NCBI GenBank assembly: GCA_963768655.1
Contig: CAVYIM010000007.1
Coordinates: forward strand, 237,201-301,200
DNA from: an uncultured Chloroflexia bacterium
GTDB lineage: Bacteria; Chloroflexota; Limnocylindria; Limnocylindrales; CSP1-4
Length of the DNA: 64,000 nucleotides
Direction: 5' to 3'
Part shown: positions 37,683 to 47,529 of the stretch, in pieces
How the letters are laid out: each line of letters begins with the position of its first letter
Position numbering within the stretch: the first letter of the stretch is position 1
Notes under the pieces: generated by a model
What the model saw: only the letters and a program-made list of their open reading frames with translations
Told to the model about the DNA's origin: nothing
Database searches by the model: none
Made by a program: the position numbers and the translations under genes

Positions 37683-38427
37683 GGTCCCCTCCTCCGGCCA
37701 CCTCGGCCTCCCTGATTGTCTGGAGCACGGCCGCGACCGTCTGCTCGAACGTATTGCCGTCCGTCTTGACCACGATCGCGTCCTCGGCGGCCCGGAGCGG
37801 GGCGGTTTCCCGCTCGGAGTCGATCGTATCGCGGCGACGCATGTCCTCGAGAATCCCGCTCGCGGCGGTTTCGTCCGCGGCGACCCGGCGCTGCGCTGCC
37901 CGCCGGCGCGCCCGCTCCTCGGGAGAGGCGTGGAGGTAGATCTTGAGGTCGGCGTTGGGCAGGATGACCGTCCCGATGTCCCGCCCGGCCATGATGATGC
38001 CGCCCTCGGCAGCGAGCGCTCTCTGGCGCGGAACCAGCGCCGCCCGCAACTCGGGAACCTTCGAGTAGCCCGAGACGGCGCGATCGACGACCGGGCCGCG
38101 AACCTCGGCGGTCACGTCGCGACCGGCGGCTTCCACGTGACGAAGCCGGCCGCGCTTGTCGGCGACGAGCTCCACCTCTCCCGCCAGTGGCGCCAGCGCC
38201 TCCGTCTGGTCCGGCGCGATGCCGCGCTCCACGGCCAGCCAGGCCACGGCGCGATACAGCAGGCCCGTATCGCAGAAGCGGTAGCCGAGCCGCCGCGCGA
38301 CCTCGGCGCCTACGGTGCTCTTGCCGCTCGAGCTGGGCCCGTCGACGGCCACCACGAGGCGTCTTCTCGCCCCGGCCAGATCGGCGGGTTGGGCAACGAG
38401 GCCTTCGGTGCGTTGGTCGGCGCTCAC
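37672..38427 (-). CDS. cmk: Cytidylate kinase
   Basis: AVDGPSSSGKST, DTGLLYRA, GRDIGTV, RDTIDSER. Confidence 0.95.
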   Translation of the reverse strand: MSADQRTEGLVAQPADLAGARRRLVVAVDGPSSSGKSTVGAEVARRLGYRFCDTGLLYRAVAWLAVERGIAPDQTEALAPLAGEVELVADKRGRLRHVEAAGRDVTAEVRGPVVDRAVSGYSKVPELRAALVPRQRALAAEGGIIMAGRDIGTVILPNADLKIYLHASPEERARRRAAQRRVAADETAASGILEDMRRRDTIDSERETAPLRAAEDAIVVKTDGNTFEQTVAAVLQTIREAEVAGGGDRGR

Positions 38428-38456
38428 GACCCGAGAATACCGTCCCGGAGCCCGGA

Positions 38457-39308
38457 CTATTCGGGCAAGTCGTGGCTCGCGGCGGCGGCCGGCCGAGCTA
38501 TCGGCGGGGTGGGCTTCGCCGGGCGCGTCGTCGTCGGTCGCCGGGCGCACGATGCGAGCTGCGTGACTTCGTGGTGGGCGAGCGGCCGAGCCTCGCCCGC
38601 GTGTATGTCGGTGAGCTTCAGAGAGCCGACTCGGACCCGAACCAGGCGGCGCACCGGCCGTCCGACGGCCTCGAACATCCGCCGTATCTGCCGCTTCCAG
38701 CCCTGGGCCAGCACGACGCGGTACCAGCGCAGCTCCGCGTGCGGCGGCGTCAGCAGATCGAGCAGCTTTCGAACCTGGGCGGGCGTGGCATCCTCGAGCA
38801 TGTCGAGTCGAGCCAGGCCCTCCTCGAGCTCGATGCCGTTGCGTAGCGCCACCTTCTGCAGCCTGGTTACCGATCGATCGAGGCCGACCATGTACTCGCG
38901 CTCGACGCCGTAGCGGGGGTGCAGCAGCAGGTTCGCCCAGGCACCGTCGTTGGTGAAGAGCAGCAGCCCCTCCGACTCTTCGTCCAGGCGGCCGACCGGA
39001 TAGAGCCGCGCCTCCCGGCGCGCATTCGGCGGCAACAGCTCCATGACGGTTCGGTCGGCGTGGCGGTCCCGAACCGTGGACACCACGCCAACGGGCTTGT
39101 TCAGCATCCAGTAGGAACGCTGGCGCTCGATCGCCGGCAGCGGCTTGCCGTCCACGAGGACGCGCTGCATGTCGGGATCGACCTGCTCGCCCAGAACCGC
39201 CGGCCGGCCGTCCACCGTGACTCGCCCGGCGCGGATGAGATCCTCGCCCGAACGTCGCGAGGCAATGCCCGAAGTGGCGAGCACCTTCTGCAGCCGCTCG
39301 CGGGTCAC
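38457..39308 (-). CDS. rluB: rRNA pseudouridine synthase (RluB/RsuA family)
   Basis: S4 domain ERLQKVLA, NKPVG, GRLDEESEGLLL, RQIRRM; next to scpAB. Confidence 0.88.
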   Translation of the reverse strand: MTRERLQKVLATSGIASRRSGEDLIRAGRVTVDGRPAVLGEQVDPDMQRVLVDGKPLPAIERQRSYWMLNKPVGVVSTVRDRHADRTVMELLPPNARREARLYPVGRLDEESEGLLLFTNDGAWANLLLHPRYGVEREYMVGLDRSVTRLQKVALRNGIELEEGLARLDMLEDATPAQVRKLLDLLTPPHAELRWYRVVLAQGWKRQIRRMFEAVGRPVRRLVRVRVGSLKLTDIHAGEARPLAHHEVTQLASCARRPTTTRPAKPTPPIARPAAAASHDLPE

Positions 39309-39309
39309 T

Positions 39310-40050
39310 TCAGCCGGCCTCGCTCTCCGAGCCGGAGGCAGGCCCACCGGCTGCGATGCCGACCGCCGTTGCGGCCGTCGTTCCGGCCGAAACATCCTCT
39401 TCGTCGCCTGGTGCGAACAGCCGCTCCGCGATCGGCGCGTCCAGCGGCGGCAGCTCGTCGAGGCTCGTCATGCCGAACCGCTCCAGGAAGTCGAAGCCGG
39501 TTCCATACAGGATCGGGCGGCCGGGGGCCGCCGAGCGGCCCAGCTCCGCCACGAGGCGACGGTGGAGCAGGGTTCGGATCGTGTACTCCGAGTCGACACC
39601 ACGAATTCGCTCGATGGTGGCGCGGGTGCAGGGCTGGCGATAGGCGACGATGGCCAGCGTCTCAAGCGAGGGCGACGACAGCCGCGGCGCGTCGGCGCCA
39701 ACGTATCGGGCGATCAGCGCGCCCGCTTCCGGGGCGGTGGCCAGCTCCACCTTCTCGCCCGCCTCCACGAGCCGGATGCCACGCTCGCCCAGGCTGACGG
39801 CCAGGTCGCCGATTCGAGCGTCCACCGTCTCGCGGTCAACCCCGGCCAGCAGGGCGATCTCGGCGCGGGCGAGTGGCTTCTCAGCCACGAACAGCAGCGC
39901 CTCGAGCTGCGCCTCACTCAGCTCGCCCGGCTGGGCGGGCTCACCGGAGCGGGCGCCGGACGAAGCCTCGGCTTCGTCCGGCGGTTCGTCTTTCCCGATC
40001 TCGAGAGACTGGGCCCCGATGTCCAAGCCGATCACATCCTCCGCACTCAT
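39310..40050 (-). CDS. scpB: SMC-Scp complex subunit ScpB
   Basis: LEALLF, LETLAIVAYRQP, IRGVDS, PGRPILYGT. Confidence 0.96.
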   Translation of the reverse strand: MSAEDVIGLDIGAQSLEIGKDEPPDEAEASSGARSGEPAQPGELSEAQLEALLFVAEKPLARAEIALLAGVDRETVDARIGDLAVSLGERGIRLVEAGEKVELATAPEAGALIARYVGADAPRLSSPSLETLAIVAYRQPCTRATIERIRGVDSEYTIRTLLHRRLVAELGRSAAPGRPILYGTGFDFLERFGMTSLDELPPLDAPIAERLFAPGDEEDVSAGTTAATAVGIAAGGPASGSESEAG

Positions 40051-40967
40051 GCGAACGAACCCAGGCTCTCGTCGATCTCGCCTTCGACGTCGAACGATCC
40101 GGTGACCGTCGCTCGTCGCGCCACGATCGGCCCCCATGGTTCCGCCTGTTCGAGCGTTATCTCGCGGCGCTTGAAGAGCTCCAGCATGGCCAGGAAGGTC
40201 ACGGCGACCACGACACGGTCTCTGACTCCACCCAGCAGCTCCTGCAGCACGACGTGATCGGCCTTTGAGAGGGCGGCGCGAATGACGGCCGCCCGCTCCG
40301 CCATAGTGACTGTTCTGGCGACGATTTCTACGGGGGCCTCCGGAGGCGGAACGATCATGGCCAGCCGGTTTAGCGCCGCGGCCAGGACCGCGGGCGGGAG
40401 CGGCGGCCTCTCCGGCGGGCGAGCTCCGGCCCTGCCAGCGAGAGCGGCGACCTCGGCGTCGCGGCGGAAAAGGCGGTACACACCGAGCCGCTCGTTCAAC
40501 GCGGCGCCGGCGTCTCTGAAGCGACGGTATTCGATGAGTCGCGCCCGCAGCTCCGCCTCGGGATCGGGCTCGTCATCGAGCGGCACCGCCATCACCTTCG
40601 GCGGGCGCGGCAGAATTGCCCGGCTCTTGATCAGGATCAGCTGCGCAGCCACTGCCACGAACCCGGACACACTTCCGAGGCGGTCTCCCTCCAGCGTGGC
40701 CAGGGCGTCCAGATAGGCCTCCGCCAGGCCCCCCAGAGGCACGGTCAGCACGTCGAGCTGGCGGGCCTCGATCAGGGCGAGGAGGAGTGCGAGTGGTCCG
40801 TCGAAGTCCGCCATGCGGACGTGCGTGGCCCGCTCGAGCCGCCCCTCCTCGAACACGACCTCGGGCGCCGAGCCAAGGCGGGCCAGCGCCGCAGTCCGCG
40901 CAGCATCGGCGCGCGAAACCCGCTCGCGCGTGAGCCGCTCCTGGGGCGTTGTCTCAGCTGACGTCAT
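40047..40967 (-). CDS. scpA: Segregation/condensation protein ScpA
   Basis: FDGPLALLLALI, LILIKSRAILP, VTFLAMLEL. Confidence 0.95.
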   Translation of the reverse strand: MTSAETTPQERLTRERVSRADAARTAALARLGSAPEVVFEEGRLERATHVRMADFDGPLALLLALIEARQLDVLTVPLGGLAEAYLDALATLEGDRLGSVSGFVAVAAQLILIKSRAILPRPPKVMAVPLDDEPDPEAELRARLIEYRRFRDAGAALNERLGVYRLFRRDAEVAALAGRAGARPPERPPLPPAVLAAALNRLAMIVPPPEAPVEIVARTVTMAERAAVIRAALSKADHVVLQELLGGVRDRVVVAVTFLAMLELFKRREITLEQAEPWGPIVARRATVTGSFDVEGEIDESLGSFA

Positions 40968-41458
40968 CAACTCGCCTCGTCGGCGGCGAGCAGGAGCCTG
41001 CCCGCCTCATCGACCGGATTCTCCGCCAGCCGGATCAACTCCACCGTTCGCGGGCTGCAGCCCGCCGCGGCGGCGAGCTCGGCCGACCGTTCGGCGTGGG
41101 TGCGCAGGCGCTCCAGCCCGTAGCGAAACGTCGGCAGGTGGCTCGACGCCCGCCAGATCCACTCCCCATAGCGCTGCCCGATGGACCAGGCCACGCGATG
41201 CGCGAGACGGAGGTGCGGACCCTTGCCGCAGTCGTGAAGCAGCCCGGCAACCAGCAGGTCCGGGTCCGTCGCGCCGGCCTTCCGCAGCCCGGCTACCACG
41301 TCCAGACCGTGCCGCCGGTCCGCGACTTGCATCCGATCGAACAGCGCGAGCTGCGCTGGCGTCAGCCAGATCACCAGATCGTCGCGCTCCGACGGCGCAA
41401 CCCGCGCCCGAGCGTACGACCAGGTCCTCCTGATCCTCGCGGCCCACCAGTTGCGCAC
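40967..41458 (-). CDS. HD-domain protein
   Basis: DRRH...LLHDCGK...HAERSA...LLAAD. Confidence 0.85.
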   Translation of the reverse strand: MRNWWAARIRRTWSYARARVAPSERDDLVIWLTPAQLALFDRMQVADRRHGLDVVAGLRKAGATDPDLLVAGLLHDCGKGPHLRLAHRVAWSIGQRYGEWIWRASSHLPTFRYGLERLRTHAERSAELAAAAGCSPRTVELIRLAENPVDEAGRLLLAADEAS

Positions 41459-41459
41459 G

Positions 41460-42131
41460 CTAGACGATGTAGTACTGGAAGCCGAGGAGGAGATTTACCA
41501 GAGAGCCGATGAGGGGCTCGAGGAACTGGAATGCGAAGAGCACGAGGATGATCAGGATCACGATGCCGTACTGGTTCATGAACTGCTGGACCTGCCGGCC
41601 GGTCGCCGGATCGAGCAGGTCGATCAGGACGTGCGAGCCATCGAGCGGTGCCACCGGCACCAGGTTGAAGAGCATCAGAACTACGTTGAGCGAAACGCCG
41701 GTGACGAACACGAGTTCCAGCATGTCCATGGCCGAGTCGTTGCCCGGGTAGTAGCCGTCCGACCATAGGATTCGGACTCCCACGGCAAATGCCGCCGCCA
41801 TCGCCAGATTCGACAGCGGGCCCGCCGCAGCCACCTTGGCGTCCGCGTAGCGGCCCCGCAGGTTGTACGGGTTGACCGGCGTGGGCTTGGCCCAGCCGAA
41901 GGCCAGCCCGCCCCCGTAGGCGAGGCCCAGCAACGCCGTGAAGATGAGCAGCCCACCACCCATCGGATCGAAATGGACGACCGGATCGAGGGAGACGCGC
42001 CCGAACAGCTTGGCGGTGCCATCACCCAGTCGCAGCGCCGTGTAGGCGTGGGCACATTCGTGGACAGGCCCGGCGACCAGGAAGAAAAGGGCGATCCAGA
42101 TGACCGTTCGGGCGACGTCAATCGATTGCAC
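41460..42131 (-). CDS. Site-2 protease family (M50) membrane peptidase
   Basis: HECAH, GWAKP, AGPLSN, FNLVPVAPLDG. Confidence 0.93.
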   Translation of the reverse strand: MQSIDVARTVIWIALFFLVAGPVHECAHAYTALRLGDGTAKLFGRVSLDPVVHFDPMGGGLLIFTALLGLAYGGGLAFGWAKPTPVNPYNLRGRYADAKVAAAGPLSNLAMAAAFAVGVRILWSDGYYPGNDSAMDMLELVFVTGVSLNVVLMLFNLVPVAPLDGSHVLIDLLDPATGRQVQQFMNQYGIVILIILVLFAFQFLEPLIGSLVNLLLGFQYYIV

Positions 42132-42209
42132 GCTCTACCTCTTGGCTGCGGGACGGGCGGAGGTATCCTACCGTGCCGCCCGTCGCCAACCGTGATGAAA
42201 CGTCTCCAG

Positions 42210-42887
42210 CTACAGGCGGCCGAGCAGCTCGGCCTTCTTGGCCTCGTAGTCGGCCGGGGTGATCGCGCCCTTGTCGCGCAGGTCGGCCAGCTTGGCGAGC
42301 GTGGCGGTCACATCGTCCGAGCTCGACGACCTCGCGGCAGGAGCGCTCGCGACCGGTGCCGGCGCAGCGGGGCTCATCGACCCCCGGTAGCCATCCTCGA
42401 GGTTGTTCTTGGCGTTCAGCATCGCTTTCTTGAAGTCCACCACGTGGGAGAGCATCTCGTAGCGGTCGATCGCGTCGTCGTTCGCGGTCAGGATCTCCAG
42501 GTCACCGTAGTGCAGCATTCGCGCGAGCAGGCCCTGCTTGAGGACCGCGTCGTTGATCTTGTCGAGCGAGCTGTCTCCGCTCTTCTTGTCGAGCAGTCCC
42601 TCGACCTTCAGCACCCGGCGGTTGGTGATGACGTATTCCTCGGCCTTCCACGTGAAGTACACGATCGCGATCCAGACGAAGCCGACCACGAGGAGCACCG
42701 CCGGCAACAACCCGGCGATAGAGAACAGGCTGATGTGCAGGACTACCAGCTCCAGAAGCGCAACCACGACCCCAGCGAGAAACACCAGCAGCCCGTTCCG
42801 CGCGTCCGACACAGGCGCGAGCCAGAACTGCCTGCCTCGATAGAGCACCTGCTCGTCCTTCGCCATCAAAGTATCCGCGTAGCTCAT
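42210..42887 (-). CDS. Bacterial PH domain (bPH_2-like) membrane protein with C-terminal SHOCT
   Basis: YVITNRRVL...YGDLEI; LAKLADLRDKGAITPADYEAKKAELL. Confidence 0.88.
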   Translation of the reverse strand: MSYADTLMAKDEQVLYRGRQFWLAPVSDARNGLLVFLAGVVVALLELVVLHISLFSIAGLLPAVLLVVGFVWIAIVYFTWKAEEYVITNRRVLKVEGLLDKKSGDSSLDKINDAVLKQGLLARMLHYGDLEILTANDDAIDRYEMLSHVVDFKKAMLNAKNNLEDGYRGSMSPAAPAPVASAPAARSSSSDDVTATLAKLADLRDKGAITPADYEAKKAELLGRL

Positions 42888-42932
42888 CCTCGTCTCCTTC
42901 TCTGCCCGTCCACCGTCGGGCCGTCAGGCTCT

Positions 42933-43913
42933 TCAGGCCCGTGGGTGGGCGCGGGCGTAGACGTCCTTGATCCGTTCGCCGGTCAGATGCGTGTACAGCT
43001 GTGTCGTGCTGATGTTCGCATGCCCGAGTAGCTCCTGAACGATACGCAGATCGGCGCCTCCCTCCAAGAGGTGAGTCGCGAACGAATGCCGCAATGTGTG
43101 TGGGCTGACGCCATTCTGGAGACCGGCCGAACGGGCGGTCGCGACGAGCATCTCCCAGGCCCGCCGGCGGTCGAGCCGCTCGCCGCGCACGGACAAGAAC
43201 AGGGGCCCACCGTGCGCCAGGGGCGGCGCAGCCAGTGCCAGCCACGCCGGTCTGACTTCGCCGATGTACCGGCGCAGCCAGCCGAGGGCTACCTCTCCGA
43301 CCGGTACCTGTCGTTCCCGATCGCCTTTCCCGACGACCCGCACCAATCCCTCTTCGAGCGACAGGTCGTCCCGATCGAGGCCAACCGCCTCGGATATGCG
43401 CAGGCCGCTGGCGTACAGCAGCTCGAGCAGGGCGCGGTCGCGAATGCCGGCCGGCGTGTCGGCCGTTCGCATCGCCAGCAAACGGTCCACTTCCTCGACC
43501 GTCAGCACCTCGGGCAGAAGCCGCGGCTGGCGCGGCAGCTCGAACCGGGCGGCCAGGTCCGTGGCGATCAGTCCTTCCGCGTAGCAGAACCGGTAGAACC
43601 CGCGCAAAGAGGCCGCCTTCCGGCGGAGGCTGGTGGGCCGCAGCGGCGGCCTGCGACTACGGCCCGGCGAGGCCAGCATGCCCAGGTATCGAACTGCCAC
43701 CCCCGCCGAGGCATCCCACTCCGCGGCGGCCCCGCGACTGGCAGCGAAGTCGAGCAGATCGGCGCGGTAGGCCCGCAGCGTCGCGTCGGACAGCCCGCGC
43801 TCCACTCGGAGGTGCATCAGGAACTCGTCTATGGCCGCCGGCAGCCGGCCCGTCGGGCCGGCCGTCGGGTGCCGCCCTCCGCCCGCCGACTGGTCCGCCG
43901 CGGCGCCGGCCAT
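42933..43913 (-). CDS. xerD: Tyrosine recombinase XerD-like
   Basis: RDRALLELLYASGLR, GKG, PHTLRHSFATHLL, LLGH, TTQLY; housekeeping context. Confidence 0.9.
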   Translation of the reverse strand: MAGAAADQSAGGGRHPTAGPTGRLPAAIDEFLMHLRVERGLSDATLRAYRADLLDFAASRGAAAEWDASAGVAVRYLGMLASPGRSRRPPLRPTSLRRKAASLRGFYRFCYAEGLIATDLAARFELPRQPRLLPEVLTVEEVDRLLAMRTADTPAGIRDRALLELLYASGLRISEAVGLDRDDLSLEEGLVRVVGKGDRERQVPVGEVALGWLRRYIGEVRPAWLALAAPPLAHGGPLFLSVRGERLDRRRAWEMLVATARSAGLQNGVSPHTLRHSFATHLLEGGADLRIVQELLGHANISTTQLYTHLTGERIKDVYARAHPRA

Positions 43914-43914
43914 C

Positions 43915-45746
43915 TCATTCGCCCCGGGCCGAGCGGCGCCAGGCATCGGCTCTGGCCAGGAGCTCCTCCGCGCTCGCGCGCGCCCCGGCGCCGCCCTCCG
44001 CGCCGGCGAGCATCTGGGCCAGCTCCTCGACGCGCTCGTCCGGTCCGAGGCGGCGAACCTCGGTCACGGTCCGACCGTCGCGCTGGCGCTTCTCGATCCG
44101 GAACTGGGCGTCGGCGTACGCGGCGATCTGGCCGAGGTGGGTTACGCACAGAACCTGATGCGACCGCGCCAGCTCCCACAGGCTGCGACCGACCGGCTCG
44201 GCGCTCCGTCCGCCGATGCCGGAGTCGATCTCGTCGAAGACGAGCGTGGGGGTGTGATCGGCCTCGGCGAGGATCTGCTTGATGGCCAGAGCGACGCGAG
44301 AGAGCTCGCCGCCGCTGGCGATGCGCGCCAGAGGCCGTGCGGGCTCGCCGGGGTTGGGCGCGATCAGGAAGACCACCGCGTCGATGCCGGATGCCGTCGA
44401 ACGCGACAGGCTCGCCATCGACCTTCGACTGCCGGCTCGGCGGGGCCCGGCTGGCGGCGCGTCACGGCCACCTGGAAGCTGGTCTGGCGAAATCCCAGCC
44501 CGACGAGGGCCTCCTCGACCGCCTTGGCGAGCAGCTGAGCCGCCGTCTGCCGGCCGCGGGAAAGCGCCGCGGAGGTTGTCGCCACCACTTCCAGCAGCCG
44601 CACCGCCTCTGCCTGGCGCCTCTCACGCGAAACCTCCAGCGTCCGCAGCCGCTCGTCCTCGGCCGCCGCTCGCTCGCCGTAGGCGATGACGGCGGCCTCG
44701 TCCTCGCCGTACTTGCGCTCCAGCGAGTAGATGACCGAGAGACGCTCCTCCAGTCGCGAAAGCGCGGCCGGGTCGTGCTCGACGCTCTCCGCCAGCGTGG
44801 CCGCCTCGGCGCCCGCGTCTTCCAACTCCGCCGCCAACCCGCCGAGTCGCTCGGCCAACGCGGTGTAGCGTTCGTCGAGCTTCGCCAGGTCGCGAGCCCG
44901 ACGAGCCGCCTCGGCCGTGGTTTCCCGGGCGCCGGTCCCCTCCCCCGCCAGCAGGTCGTGGATCTCGGCGCTCCCGCGGGCGATCGACTCGGCGTGCTGC
45001 GCCGACGAAAGACGGCCTCGAATCTCCGCGGCCTCCCCGATACGCAGCCTGGCGCCGGCGATCTCAGCGACCTGGTGCTCCTGCAGCTCCAGGCGGCGGG
45101 CCAGCTCCCGGGGATCCAGCGCCAGCTCGGCCAGCGCGGCCTGGTTCACCCGCCAGGCCTCGACCGCCGCGGTCGTGGCGGCGCGCTCCGCCTCGAGGCC
45201 CCCGAACGCGTCCAGGAGCTCGCGCTGCCAGCGTTCGTCGAGAAGACGCTGCTGGTCGTGCTGCCCGTGTATCTCCACCAGACGTCCGGCGACGCCCGCC
45301 AGGCGGGCGGCGGTGACCGACTCATCGTCGATCCGGGCGGTGGACCGCCCTGCCGCCGAAACCTCCCGCACGCAGATCAGCGGCTCCGGAGCACGATCGA
45401 AGAGCGCCTCCACCCGCGCCGAGTCCGACCCGTGGCGCACCAGAGAAGTGTCGGCGCGCGCCCCGACAGCCAGCCCCAGGGCATCGATGAGCAGGCTCTT
45501 GCCGGCACCGGTCTCTCCCGTCAGGACGTTGAGCCCGGGCTCGAAGGAGATCCGCAGCTTCTCGATCAGGGCCAGGTCGTGAACCGCCAGCTCCGCCAGC
45601 CGGCCGGCGGCCATGGGTCGCACCGCGTTTACGTCCGGGCCTGGAACCGCGGCGCCGTCCATGCCAGCGTCGGCCCCCGGCGCGTCCTCGTCTGTCCGGC
45701 TCCGCCCGGGTTCGGCAACGATCTGCGCCCGCGCAGACTCGGTCAT
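43915..45746 (-). CDS. recN: DNA repair protein RecN (two apparent +1 indels at ~44396-44423)
   Basis: GETGAGKS, IHGQH, ASGGELSR, FDEIDSG; removing two G residues restores VEVDGEPVAFDASGID. Confidence 0.93.
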
Positions 45747-46588
45747 GACGGCAGCAGCTCCGACTTCTGGCGAAGCAGATCCCAGAACGGGATGGCACCA
45801 CGCGGCTCGATGAAGCGGATCGGCCGGGGCATCTCCGACACGCAGACGACGTCGCCGACGGACAATCGCCGGTCCTCACGCCCATCGACGCTCATGAGCA
45901 CGTCGTACGCATCGAGGATACGGACTCGGACGGTGTGCCTCGGGCTGACCACGACGGACCGGATCGCGGAGAGATAGCCCGCGATCGGGGTCACGATCAG
46001 ATTTCGGCTGGTTGGATCCACGATCGGGCCGCCCGCCGAGAAGGAGTAGCCGGTCGAACCAGTCGGGCTAGAGACGACCAGTCCATCGGCCGTGAAAGTG
46101 GCGAGATGCGACGGCCCGATCTCCACCTCGATGCGGCATACGCGTGCCAGCGAACCGCGGGCTACGGCTATGTCGTTGAGCGCGAAGAAGGTCTCGCTGG
46201 CCTCGGGCCGGCCCGCCGGATGAATCTCCGCGTGCAGCGCCATGCGCGCCTCAAGCGCGAAGTCGCCCGCCGCCAGGTGGGCGAGCACCGCCTCCACGTC
46301 GCCGGTTTCGACCTTCGAAAGGAAGCCGACCTTGCCGAGGTTCACGCCCAGGAGCGGCACGTCCACTTCCGCGACGGCCCGGGCCGCCCGCAGGAAAGTC
46401 CCGTCGCCGCCGAGAACGACCAGTGCGCCGGTGTCCGGAAGCTCGCGAACGACGGCCTTGGTCTCGCCGGCAGGGGCAGCCCAGTGAGCAATGCCCCGCA
46501 CCTCGCACCAGCCCTCGGCACGCTCACGCAGGTCCAGCGCCGCCTCCTTGGTGGGGTTGTACGCAAAGCCGATGCGATCGAGCGTCAT
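45743..46588 (-). CDS. nadK: NAD kinase
   Basis: LGGDGT, GVNLGKVGFL, ND, DG, SPTGSTGYSFSAGGP. Confidence 0.95.
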   Translation of the reverse strand: MTLDRIGFAYNPTKEAALDLRERAEGWCEVRGIAHWAAPAGETKAVVRELPDTGALVVLGGDGTFLRAARAVAEVDVPLLGVNLGKVGFLSKVETGDVEAVLAHLAAGDFALEARMALHAEIHPAGRPEASETFFALNDIAVARGSLARVCRIEVEIGPSHLATFTADGLVVSSPTGSTGYSFSAGGPIVDPTSRNLIVTPIAGYLSAIRSVVVSPRHTVRVRILDAYDVLMSVDGREDRRLSVGDVVCVSEMPRPIRFIEPRGAIPFWDLLRQKSELLPS

Positions 46589-47427
46589 GCTCCGGCCAGC
46601 TCTCCGAACCTGATCGCCCACTCGGGCGGCAACTCGACGGAGCCGCCCTCGACCGGGACGTATCCCGCCGGCACCTCCAGCTCGACGAAGAACTCGCGAT
46701 TCCCTGCCGGACCGGTGATCGGCGAGGCCACGGCATCGCGCAGCCTCAACCCGATCGCCAGCGCGTGCCGGCCGACCGTCTCGAGCGTCTGGCGGTGTAT
46801 CTGCGGATCTCGCACCACGCCGTCACGGACCTGTGCGCGGCCCGCCTCGAACTGGGGCTTCACGAGGGCCACGATGATGCCGCCGAGGGGCCCGAAGCAA
46901 GTGGCCACCGGACCGAGAATGCGGTCCAACGAGATGAACGACACGTCGACCACAGCCAGATCGACCGCCGTGGGGAGTATCCCGGGCCCGAGGGCGCGGG
47001 CGTTCGTCCGCTCCATGGAGACGACGCGCGGGTCGTGGCGGAGCGTCTCCGCCAGCTGGCCGCGGCCGACGTCAACCGCGTAGACGCGGCTCGCATCCCG
47101 CTGCAGCAGCAGATCCGTGAAACCGCCGGTTGATGAGCCCACGTCCAGGCAGACGAGCCCGACCGGCTCCACTCCGAACGCGTCGAAGGCGGCGCGCAGC
47201 TTGATACCGCCACGCGACACGAACGGCGGAGGCGCCTCAACCTCGAGAGCGATCGTGGTCTCCACCAGATCGCCAGACTTGCGGTCGGTTCGGGCTGCCT
47301 CGCCCTCTCCGACTCGTACGTGACCACCCAGGATCAACGCCTGGGCTCGCGTCCGAGATTCGGCGAGGCCTCGCTCGACCAGGAGCTGGTCGAGGCGCTG
47401 TCGAACTGGCCGAGCAGCAGGGCTCAT
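46585..47427 (-). CDS. tlyA: TlyA-family rRNA methyltransferase
   Basis: RLDQLL, VSRGGIKL, DVGSSTGGFT, DVSFISL, LVKPQFE, GNREF. Confidence 0.95.
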   Translation of the reverse strand: MSPAARPVRQRLDQLLVERGLAESRTRAQALILGGHVRVGEGEAARTDRKSGDLVETTIALEVEAPPPFVSRGGIKLRAAFDAFGVEPVGLVCLDVGSSTGGFTDLLLQRDASRVYAVDVGRGQLAETLRHDPRVVSMERTNARALGPGILPTAVDLAVVDVSFISLDRILGPVATCFGPLGGIIVALVKPQFEAGRAQVRDGVVRDPQIHRQTLETVGRHALAIGLRLRDAVASPITGPAGNREFFVELEVPAGYVPVEGGSVELPPEWAIRFGELAGA

Positions 47428-47529
47428 GCCTTCAATCGTGGCACACCCTGATCATCTCGTGCTGCGCTGGCGCGCGGTCCGGCGCTTGACGGGCTGAGCC
47501 CGGCGCCAACCCGCCCACCGAGAAAGCAA

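Noticed and set aside
42933-43913. Phage or island integrase
   Set aside because: XerD-like sequence in the recN/scpAB housekeeping context, not beside a tRNA or att repeat.
43915-45746. recN pseudogene or programmed frameshift
   Set aside because: Two single-G insertions with no slippery site and intact motifs; matches the error pattern elsewhere in the window.
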